A stretch of 63,854 bases of DNA, filler included, from an uncultured Methanosarcinales archaeon (GTDB lineage Archaea > Nanobdellota > Nanobdellia > Woesearchaeales > JABMPP01): the NCBI GenBank assembly GCA_964604995.1. It is 4 parts of 4 records of this genome, joined end to end, with 100 filler letters (N's around TTAATTAATTAA, not from the genome) between each part and the next. Parts side by side here need not be neighbours in the genome. Positions count along the whole stretch, not along the records: positions 1 to 19,424 come from CAZSAD010000032.1; positions 19,525 to 35,386 come from CAZSAD010000035.1; 2 more parts are not named here. One strand, written 5' to 3'. Numbering within the stretch: position 1 is the stretch's first letter; each line of letters opens with the position of its first letter. The notes under the pieces were generated by a model. The model did no database searches. It saw nothing but the letters and a program-made list of their open reading frames with translations, and was not told the origin of the DNA. Positions 18,705-30,100 of this stretch are shown in pieces. The translations under genes and the position numbers were made by a program.

Positions 18705-19391
18705 TTATTCTTCGAACTCAATCTCACCATTTAAATAAATCCCTTTATGCAATTTGACAGGTCGCCAATTATCCTCTACAAGTGTTGCATTAAGCCAGCT
18801 TGCAAGTTCTTTTGGATTTCCAATTGTTGCAGAAAGTCCTATAATTTGCACATCTTTTAACAATTCTTTAAGAAGAGTTATTATTATTTCAAGTGTTGGA
18901 CCTCTAGATATATCATTTAACAAATGTATTTCATCAATTATTACTACTTTTATATATTTTAACCAAGGAGCCCTATGTCTCATAAGCGAATCAAGCTTTT
19001 CACTTGTTGTTATAATCAAATCATAATTAAGCAAATAATCATCACTTGAATCAAAATCACCTATTGACAAAGCAACTTTAATCATTTTGTCATATCTTCT
19101 TTTGAATTCCTTGAATTTTTCAGTTGCAAGAGCTTTTAGTGGAACAATATAAATCACTTTTCCTTTTCCTTCCATAATTGTTTTGATTCCTGCAAGTTCT
19201 GCAATTAGTGTTTTTCCTGAAGCAGTTGGTGTGCAAATAAGTAAACTTTCACCCTGTAGAAGTCCATTTTTTACTGCTTTTTCCTGGCCAGGCCTTAATT
19301 TTTCAATATCTTTTTTTAAAATATTATACAGGTCTTCTGGGATTTGGTTTTTTATTAATTCTAGTTCCATTACAAAAGCAAAAAAATACAA
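18705..19391 (-). CDS. Hel308/Ski2-like helicase, first RecA domain only (start probably 19370)
   Basis: Q motif LRPGQ, PTASGKT, PLKALA, TSEK, DEIH, LSAT; ends after WRPVKL. Confidence 0.85.
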   Translation of the reverse strand: MYFFAFVMELELIKNQIPEDLYNILKKDIEKLRPGQEKAVKNGLLQGESLLICTPTASGKTLIAELAGIKTIMEGKGKVIYIVPLKALATEKFKEFKRRYDKMIKVALSIGDFDSSDDYLLNYDLIITTSEKLDSLMRHRAPWLKYIKVVIIDEIHLLNDISRGPTLEIIITLLKELLKDVQIIGLSATIGNPKELASWLNATLVEDNWRPVKLHKGIYLNGEIEFEE

Positions 19392-19424
19392 GATTAAAAA
19401 CGTTTGCTTAAAAAAAATATTAGG

Positions 19425-19524
19425 NNNNNNNNNNNNNNNNNNNNNNNNNNNNNNNNNNNNNNNNNNNNTTAATTAATTAANNNNNNNNNNNNNNNNNNNN
19501 NNNNNNNNNNNNNNNNNNNNNNNN
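19425..19524. other. artificial contig linker
   Basis: 44 N + TTAATTAATTAA (stops in all six frames) + 44 N. Confidence 0.97.
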
Positions 19525-19539
19525 TAAAGGTGATATAAG

Positions 19540-20222
19540 TTGAAAAGTAATTTTAAAAATAATTTAAAAAATGAATTAAGAAAAAAGAGAGGAAAAAATA
19601 ACCAAAAAATAAAAAATTACTCTTACGAAATTTTTAGAATTATGACTCTCGTTACTATTTTAGGTTTAACATTTTTGTTTTTTGCAATGAAGGCAATTGC
19701 TTTTCCACCTATTGCAAATGAGTATTATGGGAGTGTTTTTTTGGATGGTATGCCTGCACCAATTGGTACATCTGTAACAGCTTATAGTAAATCAGGACAA
19801 AATGTGGGGGAGTAGAAGTAAAAAATATTGGAATGTATGGATTACTTTCTTGCAAAGGCTATGATTTTAGCTCTCCGAAAAATGGAGGAGCAAAAGTAGG
19901 AGAGCCAATTTTATTTTATGTAAATGGAAGAATAGCTGATGTTTCAAAAGAAGTTATTTGGGCTGAAGGGGGATTTTTAGAAGTGAATCTAACATCTTTT
20001 GAAAATTTAAATTCTTTAAATCAAAATAGTGATGGTGATAATAAAGTAGAACAAAACAAAGAAGACCCATTAATGACTAACCAATTAATAAATAATCAAA
20101 ATCCAACAGAATTTGCTGCACCAAGTGATTTTGGCAAGAAAATCGAAGTGTTTCAAACCCTATTTTTTGTGATAAGTATAACAATTATTAGTTTAATAAT
20201 ATCGCTGCGAAAAAAATTTTGA
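19540..20222 (+). pseudogene. frameshifted secreted/membrane-anchored protein (ORFs 19540-19815 and 19833-20222)
   Basis: The two ORFs together align with the N-terminal domain of 20226-23243; one extra G in G5 at 19806-19810 restores the frame. Confidence 0.75.
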
Positions 20223-20225
20223 AAA

Positions 20226-23200
20226 ATGAAAATTAAAAGTAAATCTTGTAGAATTAAGAAAAAAGAAAAATTAGCTAAATACTATAGTTTAACTAATAAT
20301 TATTTAGTTAATAATTTAATTAGTGATAATTCTAATATTTATAACAAAGAAAAAAATTATAAAACATTTAAAAATCATAAATCTGTATTAATTTTCGCTG
20401 TGTTAATTTTCTTAATACTAATTTCATCTGAAATTGTAATTTCACTACCTACTCCTGCCACTGAACTTTTTGGTAGCGTTATTAATCGCAGATTAGAACA
20501 GTACCCTATTGGCACAAATATAACAGTATATGATATTAATGGCACTGTTTGTGGGTATTTTAATGTTACATTTGCTGGATATTATGGTTTAATGTCATGC
20601 AATGGAGATGATTTAGATACTTTTCAAGATGAAGGTGTAAGAGAAGGGGAAACAATCTCATTCAAAATTAATGGGGAAAACGGATTTAGTTTAAATGATA
20701 CAACTTGGAGTGCTGGAGTCTTAAAAAGAGTTGATTTGATAATGAATAGACCCCCAGTATTAAATTATATAGATAATTTAACAGCAATTCAAGACATCAA
20801 TTTTTATTATGTGTTTAATGCAACTGATCTTGACAATGATACTTTAATTTATACTTATTTAATATCCCCTAGTTTACCAAGTTTACATTTTAATTCTAGC
20901 CAAGGAACATTCAATATTACACCTAGTAATTCAGAAGTTGGCGAGCATTATGTTAGAATTATTGTAAGTGATGGATATTTAGAAGATTATCAAGATTTTA
21001 CGTTTACAGTTAGTAATATTAATGATCCCCCTTATTTTATCAATAATATATCAAATCAAATAACAAATATAAGTGTTCCTTTTACTTATAAAATAAATTG
21101 CTCAGATCCTGATTTAAATTATGGAGATCATTTGATTTATTCATTAAATATTTCTAATATTACTATAAGTCCCTTAACTGGAGAAATTAACTGGATAACT
21201 TATCACAAAGATGTTGGAAATTATACTGTAAATGCCACATGCGAAGATTCTTTTGGTCTTGAAGTTAGTCAAATTTTTAATTTGGAAGTTAAAGACGCAA
21301 ATGTCCCACCCATCTTAACACCAATTGGAAACAAGAGAAATGTTGCTAATGTTGAGTTAATTATCAATATTACAGCTTATGATGATAATGGTGATGATTT
21401 AAATTATTTTTCAAATCAACCATATTTAACAATAACTAAAATATCATCATATGTTGCAGTTGGTAGATTTAAAGCACCCATTAATACAAATGCAACGTAT
21501 ACAATTAATATTTCTGTTACAGATGGCAGTTTAAATGATTTTGAGATTATTAGTGTAGAAGTAGCTTTGGGTCCTTATTGTGGAGATAATACCTGCAATG
21601 TGGATGAGAGTTGTAACACTTGCCCCAATGATTGTGGAGTTTGCCCAGAAGGAACTGGAGGAGATAATGCTGGTGGAGGAGCTGGAGAAGGAACTGGTAG
21701 TGGAATTGAAAGTAATCAAGGTGAAGCAAGTGGAGAAGGAACAAGCAGCGTAGCAGAAACAAATTCTCAAAATTCACAATTGTCACAAATGTTTAATGAT
21801 CAAACAGTTCAACAATATATTTGTCAAGAAAATTGGATATGTTCCAATTGGGGAGAATGTAAACCAATAGAACAAATAAGAAGTATAAATACAAAAATAA
21901 AAGGAGTAAGAATTAGAACTTGTAGAGACATTAACTTTTGTCAAACTGAAAATAAAAAACCTTCTTTACAAGAGGAATGTGACTATGTGTCTCCGACTAC
22001 ATGTTTTAATAAAATAAAAGATAATGGAGAAGAAAAAATTGATTGCGGAGGACCATGCCCACCATGCCCAACTTGTTTTGATAAAATACAAAATCAATTG
22101 GAAGAAGGGATTGATTGTGGAGGACCATGCGATGCTTGTACATTTGTTAGATATGCACAGTTATTTTTTGAAAAACCAAGTCCACTTAAATCACCACAAA
22201 GATTTGTTTTTCCATGGGCATTGTTAATATTTTTATTGGTAATTACAGCTTCATTTTTATTATCGGATTTTGCTTATTTGTATCAGATAAGGAGAAAATC
22301 AGTGCCTAAATTTTCTGAAAAATTAAAAAAGTATTCTCCAATTAGAAAGAAAATGTTTCATTTCTTAACTAATTTTGATGCTCTTGGAATAATAACTATA
22401 ATTTATATTTTTTTAATGGGAGGATTATTCACATTAAATATTTGGGTTTGGATTTTATCTATGATATTTACTCCAATTGCGGTCAGTTATACTATAAAAC
22501 AATTTGAGTATAAAGATTATAGAAAATCTTTGAAGGAAAGAAAACTTGTAAGATTACATAATAAAGAGATTAGATTTTTTGTTTATGAAGAGCAAAAGAT
22601 ACTTATTGAAATGTATACTAAACTTGAAAATTCATTTGAAAATTTTCAACTAACACAAAATGATTCTAATGAAAAAGAAAAATTAGAATTACTAAATGAA
22701 ATTAGAGTTTGTATAAAAGAAATAGCTGCATTATCAAAAAATTTAATTGATTATAAACTAAATGAAAAGATTAAAGGTCTTCTTGATACAGTTATTAGCA
22801 ATAGCAAATTTAAAAAATTTGCAAAATCCTATCCTGAAGCTAAATCTGCTTTAGAGTCTATACGTGAAGTAAGTAGTGAAATTATAAAAAATAAATTTGA
22901 TTTAGATCAGGAATCAGAATTTATTAGCACATTTAAAGATTTGACAAGAGATAAGCAATTAATGAGCATAATTTTAAATGACAAAAAACTTATTGAATGC
23001 TATAACAGCTTAGTTGATGTTTATGATTTAATTAGAATATCCCATAGAAATTATTATAAAAACGTTGAAACAACAATCCAAAAAGAAAAGGTATTGCTTG
23101 CAAAATATGAGGAACTGTCAAAAAATGATAATAAAAATAAACAGATTCAAACAAACAAGAAGATTTCTTCAATACTTGACAGCATCAAAGTAATTTGTGA

Positions 23201-23243
23201 TAGTATAAAAAAGAAACAAGAATTGAATACACAGATAAAATAA
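20226..23243 (+). CDS. large membrane-anchored surface protein (cadherin/Ig-like and Cys-rich repeats, about 3 TM helices, cytoplasmic coiled coil)
   Basis: NxPP ... ATDLDNDTL cadherin-like units, CGDNTC, CxENWICSNWGEC, two DCGGPC repeats, hydrophobic helices, helical C-terminus. Confidence 0.85.
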   Translation: MKIKSKSCRIKKKEKLAKYYSLTNNYLVNNLISDNSNIYNKEKNYKTFKNHKSVLIFAVLIFLILISSEIVISLPTPATELFGSVINRRLEQYPIGTNITVYDINGTVCGYFNVTFAGYYGLMSCNGDDLDTFQDEGVREGETISFKINGENGFSLNDTTWSAGVLKRVDLIMNRPPVLNYIDNLTAIQDINFYYVFNATDLDNDTLIYTYLISPSLPSLHFNSSQGTFNITPSNSEVGEHYVRIIVSDGYLEDYQDFTFTVSNINDPPYFINNISNQITNISVPFTYKINCSDPDLNYGDHLIYSLNISNITISPLTGEINWITYHKDVGNYTVNATCEDSFGLEVSQIFNLEVKDANVPPILTPIGNKRNVANVELIINITAYDDNGDDLNYFSNQPYLTITKISSYVAVGRFKAPINTNATYTINISVTDGSLNDFEIISVEVALGPYCGDNTCNVDESCNTCPNDCGVCPEGTGGDNAGGGAGEGTGSGIESNQGEASGEGTSSVAETNSQNSQLSQMFNDQTVQQYICQENWICSNWGECKPIEQIRSINTKIKGVRIRTCRDINFCQTENKKPSLQEECDYVSPTTCFNKIKDNGEEKIDCGGPCPPCPTCFDKIQNQLEEGIDCGGPCDACTFVRYAQLFFEKPSPLKSPQRFVFPWALLIFLLVITASFLLSDFAYLYQIRRKSVPKFSEKLKKYSPIRKKMFHFLTNFDALGIITIIYIFLMGGLFTLNIWVWILSMIFTPIAVSYTIKQFEYKDYRKSLKERKLVRLHNKEIRFFVYEEQKILIEMYTKLENSFENFQLTQNDSNEKEKLELLNEIRVCIKEIAALSKNLIDYKLNEKIKGLLDTVISNSKFKKFAKSYPEAKSALESIREVSSEIIKNKFDLDQESEFISTFKDLTRDKQLMSIILNDKKLIECYNSLVDVYDLIRISHRNYYKNVETTIQKEKVLLAKYEELSKNDNKNKQIQTNKKISSILDSIKVICDSIKKKQELNTQIK

Positions 23244-23336
23244 AAAATAAAGAAGTAATAAAAAGAGATTTATAATATGAAAATAATTAATATAAATAAA
23301 AAGACAAATAAAAAAGATTAATATAAAAATAACGAA

Positions 23337-23996
23337 TTAATTTTCATAATCTATCAAAACATTTGATATAACTTCTGAATTTATTTTTGCTTGAATATTT
23401 GATAAATCTTTTTGATATATTTGTTCAAATAATACTTTTGCTTGCTTTAAATTTTCTAAATCATTTTTACTTATTTTTTCTGAGTTTTCTTTGTTCCTAA
23501 AATCTTCCACAATCATAACTGCCAAATCATTTTGTACAATAATATCCTCTTGTTGTAAAGACAAATAGGATGTTTGAGTTTCTATTGCTTTTTGCAAGTT
23601 ATTAGTTTTGTAATAAATTAAAGCTAAATTATGTAAAATTTTTATTTTGTAATCCAATAAAGAATTGGGTAATGAATTTGCATTCAGACTAATAATGTTA
23701 TCCTTATCTAGAATGTTTGTATTAATAATTTTTAATGCTTGATTATAACTAATAATTGCTGTTTGCAATTCCCCTTGTTGATATAATGAATTACCTAAAT
23801 TGTAATAAATGATGTAAGGTTTTGTTATCAGTTCATTGTAAGATTGAACATTATCTACTTTTATTACATAAGCATTTTTTTGAATTGCAAAAACTGAAAT
23901 ACAAATCAAGCTTAGAATTAAAATTACTATTGCAAATTTGGACATTAGTTTTAGTGATATTCTTTTAGCTGATTTATTTGATTTATTATTCCCCAT
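23337..23996 (-). CDS. exported TPR-repeat protein
   Basis: N-terminal hydrophobic segment; YYNLGNSLYQQGELQTAIISYNQAL and LHNLALIYYKTNNLQKA. Confidence 0.8.
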   Translation of the reverse strand: MGNNKSNKSAKRISLKLMSKFAIVILILSLICISVFAIQKNAYVIKVDNVQSYNELITKPYIIYYNLGNSLYQQGELQTAIISYNQALKIINTNILDKDNIISLNANSLPNSLLDYKIKILHNLALIYYKTNNLQKAIETQTSYLSLQQEDIIVQNDLAVMIVEDFRNKENSEKISKNDLENLKQAKVLFEQIYQKDLSNIQAKINSEVISNVLIDYEN

Positions 23997-24168
23997 AAAA
24001 ACACCCCTTTGATAATATCGAATGTACTTAAATTTTTATTTTGTTTTATTTTTGTATTTTATTTTATAATTATTTTAGTAGTTTATTTTGGTTATAAAGC
24101 TTATGGATTAACGTATGGATTAATAATTGAGTTATTTATCCCTGTCGCAATTCTTATTCACTAATAAT

Positions 24169-27100
24169 TTATCCATTAACTGCCCCCATCACAATTGTTC
24201 CATTACACATTCCTCTAACACTTAAAGGTGTAGATAGTTTCCAATAGGTTGTTTTATTAGATCCAAGAATAGATGTTGCTTTTGCTAAATCAAAATTAGT
24301 ATATGTAACTCCTTGCACTGTTCCCGTAAGATTAGTCATTAAACTATAACTTAATCCTGAAGTTGTAAGATTAAATCTCTGGTTGTAGATTGGAATTGAT
24401 CCTCTTTCACAAACCATTGATAAATTATCTCCAGTAGTATAATTTAGACCATATCCCCATAAGTTAAGATCTAATTGTACATTTCCTATATTGTAGATAG
24501 TTGCATTTGTGTCTACTGTAGATGTTGAACCAGGTAAAATTTCTCCATAATCTACTAAAGTTGTAACATTAATAGCAAGCAAATCATTTATAAAAGTTGA
24601 ACTAAAGTTATTAGCTTTTAGTCCAAAAGTATCATTGGCTGTAACATTACATATCCATGTTCCATTTGTAGCAAAGTAATAAACATCAAATCCACATGTA
24701 AATGTTTTTGTTGTTGCTGTTGAACTTACATTTATACATGATGAATTTGTATAATGTCTATTTAAATTATCAACATCTGTATGATTTGAAGTAATATTAT
24801 TGAATAAAGTAGCATTTAATGAAACTATATCTGATTCACCGTTTGTATCAAATACAGTTGCATTACAGTATACTTTAGTTGTTGAACCCGATATTAAATC
24901 AATTGTTGATGGAATAGATATTGATTGTATAGTTGGAGCTTGATTTAGACTAGTCACATTTACATATTGTATTAGTGTTCCATTTGTTGAAGAATAATCT
25001 GAAGTTGCAATACATCTTAAGTTGTTGAAAGTTGAGGCTTGGTTAGCATATAGAGTATAATTTCTATAAGTTGGTGTAGAATTAACTATTCCTAAAACTG
25101 TCGGATTAGTAAATGAAGTATCATTGAATATGAGATTTCCAGAAGTTGAATTTATATCTTCCCATCCAGTGGATGTTGTATTCATTTGTAATTTAACTTC
25201 AGTATTAATACAATATCCTTCTGTGCAAGAAACATTACATGTTACAACAAAGGTTGAATTAAATGGATATGTAACATTAGTTGTTGGGAAAGATAAGTTA
25301 GATTGCAAAAATCCAAGGTGATAACTACTAATGTTTGCATATGTTTGTGAACCTCCTTCCCAGTATAAAATATAATTTCTGGTAGTAGTTTCTGCGGCAC
25401 TTCTTGCCCAAACTAAGAGTTGTAATTTTGCACTGCTATTTAAATAAAGGTCAGATGTTAGTGATGAATTTCCAAATGCAGTATAATTTCTTTTTGCAGT
25501 TGTAGATGTTGCAAGTCCGCCAGATGTTATTTCCCCATATTGTGAAATCAAAACAGGTGGTTGAGTATTATTTATGTAAAAGAGCTGCCAACTAAGTCTT
25601 CCACCTGCTACTGTGCCTGCTTTGCTTAAAGTTGCACCAAACCCAGCTCCTGTTCCAGCTGGGATAAATAAACCATTGCTACCAACGCCATTTGATGTGG
25701 TGGAATTTATCATTAAAACGGTTGCTCCATTTGCAACTGAAACTGTTCTTTGATTTTCAAGTCCATCATCTATAGTTGATAAATTAACAGGTGTTGTTGT
25801 AACTGCACCTGAAGAAGCATTTGCAACGGTCCATCTAGTTAATGGATAACTTAAGTTCATGGTAAAATACATTGTTTTACTAACATTGTAATTTCCTGCA
25901 AGATCGTAGCATGAAATTGACCAGTTGTAATCTCCATTTGTTAATGAAGTTGATAATTGCAGTGTTGTGTTCTTTTCTATTGCTGGTGGAGGAGTTATTG
26001 TTCTATCAACTAGGTCATTTATTGTTAATGTACAATTATTAATTGTATTTGCATCATTTATAATGTAATTAAATGTTATAAGTGAACTTAAATTGTAAAT
26101 AGTGTTATTGCCTGGGCTTGTTGTGTTTATAACTGGAGCAATATTATCGGTTGTGTAATTGAAAATTTGTGTTGAGTTTCTCTCATTATTTAATATGTCA
26201 TAACCAATAACTTTCCAGAACCATACTTTATTCATTGTTAAATTGATTGGTAAGTATAAAGTATTGTTTGATACATTCAAAATATTTGCAAATGTGTAAT
26301 TAATTGTACTAAATGTCGAAGAATTACTAATTAAGATTGTATAATTCTTGAAATGTGTATCGGCGCTTATTGTCCAATTTAGAGTTGGAGAAACATTTGT
26401 ACTTTCTGTTTGACTTAATGGCTGATCTAAGTTAATTGGATCTGGAGATACATCATCAATCTCAAGAGTTATGATTTCTGATGAATTTAAATTTCCTGCC
26501 ATATCATATGCATTTACTGTGAATGTGCAATTAGTATCAAGCATACATCCAAACTGCGCTGTTGTGTTTAATGCACGATACAAAGTAGATGTTCCTATTC
26601 TTGTCATATTTGTTCCATTCATATAAACAGCTAAAATTCCATTTGTATCAGTTACATTTACTGTGAAATTTAACATGTAATCTGATCTTACAATTCTATC
26701 GGAATCATTTACTGTGAAATTTAAAACAGATGGATTTGTGTTATCTGTTACATATTCAAATGTTTGATTGGAATATTTAGTATTTAATCCAAAATCTATT
26801 GCTGTAACATGCCAATACCATCTTGTGTTGTCCAATAAATCAAATACTTTGGAAGTTTCTGCTACATTAGAAGTTGTATAACTATAATCTGGCGAATTAA
26901 AGTTTGAATCATTATCTACATAAATTGTATAATTCGCAAATGTGAAATCTGATGACTGGTTCCATACAAATGTTGGGGAAAGATTTGTAGATATTGTATT
27001 ATTTAATGGACTAGTTAAATTAAATGCCAAAGGCAAGGTTGCATCAATACTAAAGAACCAAGTTTTACTTACACCAGTATTATGATTACTACTATTATCT

Positions 27101-30100
27101 GTGCAATTTACATACCATGAATAACTATAACTATCTGTTAAATTAATTGTGAAATTATTATTTTGTCCTGTGAGTATATTACTTGAAGTTCTGTTATATG
27201 TACTGTTTATGTAAAGTGAGCAGTTTGTAATATTTGATATGTCATCTGGCAAATAAGTTAATGCAATATTTGTTGTATAGTTTATCCAACTATTATTTTC
27301 TGGAGAGATTAAATCAACTAATGGCGCATTGATATCATTAATTACCAAGACTGTTAGATTATAAATTATTGAAGTTCCTACAAATCCTGCTGTATCTATG
27401 CATGTAACACTCCAATTGTAATTTCCATTTGAAACAACAGTTACCATTTGCTGCACTGTTCCAACTGCAACTGGACCAGGTAGGAAATTAGATGAAACAT
27501 TGTTTAGTATTAAACTGCAATTGTCAACTATTAACGACTCATTAGTTATGTTGAATTTAAATCTTATATTATTTGATGTTGCATTTAGTGTGTTATTTAC
27601 TGGAGTTATCAATTGTATAACTGGTGCTCTTGTGTCAACTTTTACAACATAAGGATTTGTTGTTCCAACATTTCCTGCTGTATCTGTACAATTTACAGTC
27701 CAATTATAAATTGCATCAGTAAGATTTGCAGTTATGTTTCTTGGAATATTATTTTCTGCAATCAATGTATCAGTTGCGTTTGTAACCCCATTAATGATAA
27801 GATTACATGCAAAAGATAATCCATTTAGATCATATACGCTGTATGTGAAATTCATTGGTCTTGCTGCAAAGAAATTATTGTTTTCTGGGAACAATAAAGT
27901 TATTGCGGGATTAGTTGTATCACAAGTCCAGTTCAAATTAACAGTATCATTGCTTATTCTATTATCAACTGAATCATTTGTGAATATATTTGTTAAGTAA
28001 TAATCTCCTTCGCTTGGACAAGTCCAGATGTAATAAGATTCGTTTCCATTTCTATTTGCTGTATAATTAATACCATTTATTGTAAATATTGTCGTATTAA
28101 TTATATTAGTGTCATCATAAATTGATACATTTATTTTTATTGATTCATCTAATTTTACAATGCTATCATTTTTTGCAATTGTGCTTGAAGTTATTGTTGG
28201 AAATGTTCCATCGCAAAGCCATAAATATGCAAAGCTATTATTTGAGTCACTGTTTCCAATTGCATCAAATGCATATGTTGCAGTCCAATTATAATATCCG
28301 CTCTTGATTGATTGATTACATATCCAATTGTAATAAAATAATGGATAGTTATTTGATGCAGTTCTATTTGTGTTGTTGACTGTAAACAAGACACTGCTCA
28401 AGTTTCCTGAATTATCTGTTATGTTTACACTAAGCATTACTATCTGCCCTGAATTGAGCTTTGTAACATTTATTGCATGTGTTGAGTCATTTATTATTGG
28501 TGGGGAATTTTGCACAGTATAATAAAGCAGATTTGTCCTGTTCCATTCATTAAAGCTGTCATTTGCATGCATTCTCCATGCAATTGTTTTTCCTTCACAA
28601 GCTGCAGGTATGGTTAAGCTTACATTTGACCAGACAAGCGTTCCTGAAAGCTGACCGCTGCTAACATTTTGCAAGCCTGCGTTGCAATTTACTCCTGTTG
28701 CATTCCATTCAAATATATAATTTGAAAGGTTCATTGTTGTATCATTCCAAAGCACACTGTGCTTTACTGTATCGCCTGCATTGATTGTTGTTGCATTTGT
28801 GAAATTATTCAAGAACACAGGTGGGGTATTCAATGTATAATTCCAAGTGTAATTAATCCAGTTGAGTGTTATTGATGTTTGTGCATTTTTGTTTGTCTTG
28901 GACGAGCGAATTTGAGTGTATAAATTGATATCCCAATCGCAATATCCTAATGACCATGTTGAGCAATTGCTGTTTGTTAATCCTGATGATGATGTTATTG
29001 TACTATTCTGCCATGTTGCACTGAAACTGTTATCCTGTGCAGTCTCACCAATAAAGACTTGTCCTGTTGCAGGGTTTCCATCCCAGTCAAAAGTTCCATT
29101 GTGTATTCCTGAACCAGGAGCAATGCCGCCACCTGCTTGAGATGATATGGTAACAGTTACATCGTAAGCAATTATTTGGAGATATGCTGAAATAACATTT
29201 CCAGATGGCGTTCCAATATTTACTGGGCAACTGATAGTACATGTTGAGTAAGATGGAGCAGGCACAGAAGAACCTGTGCATGAGCAAGACACAGTGTTAT
29301 TGAGTTCGCTATAAAGTGGATCATCAGGTGTCAAGACAAATGAATATTCCTGGCCAGGCACAATGTCCATCACCTTCATGAAATCTCCGTTGCACGTTCT
29401 TGTGTCATAGCTGTAATTCCAACACTTGTAAAGCTCAGTTCCTTCGGCAACAGAAGTTACAATAGCAGAAGTGAAATTTATTGATGTCGGGTCAATTGCA
29501 TAAGATTTTACAATATTCTTTTGATCGTATGCTGGTAGGATTGTGTAACTTTTTTTGCTGGCATCGTCAATCTTCAGGCTAATGTTTCCACTAAAATTCA
29601 GGTCATTTATCTTGATACCTTTTATCTTTGAAGATGTCAAATTTATTTCAACATTGTATACCTTGCCAATTTGCAAACTTGTCACTTTCTTTCCGAGCCC
29701 GAATGCCTCTGTTGCAGATAGTATTGCAGAGTATTTACTTCCGTCAATCTTTTTTAGTTCAACTGCATCGGTGAGCAGTGGCGCCTTTGTTGCAACATAA
29801 AATGTCTTGTTGGCTGTTAAGTTTGCATACCTTGCCGTGATGGTATACTTTCCTTCATAGAGAGCAACAAATGAAATTGTTTCTGTCTCTGCTCCCGAAT
29901 AAACATAAGATATTGTTCCGAATGATATTTCGATATCAGATACAGGCACATTGAATGATACACCAATTGCATCTTCTACAAAATAAGTTTCCTTGTCGAA
30001 AGTAATGTTGAGCTGCTGTATTACTGATTTCTGCTGTTGAGAAGGTATGCTTGTTACATTTGAAATGTTTGTTACATTTGAAATTTCTACGAGGCCTAGC

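Noticed and set aside
19425..19524. TTAATTAATTAA palindrome within N-runs, repeated at 35387-35486 and 50263-50362
   Set aside because: Identical 100-nt constructs with six-frame stops are artificial contig joiners. ORF ends reading X...LIN and any cross-gap linkage are artefacts.
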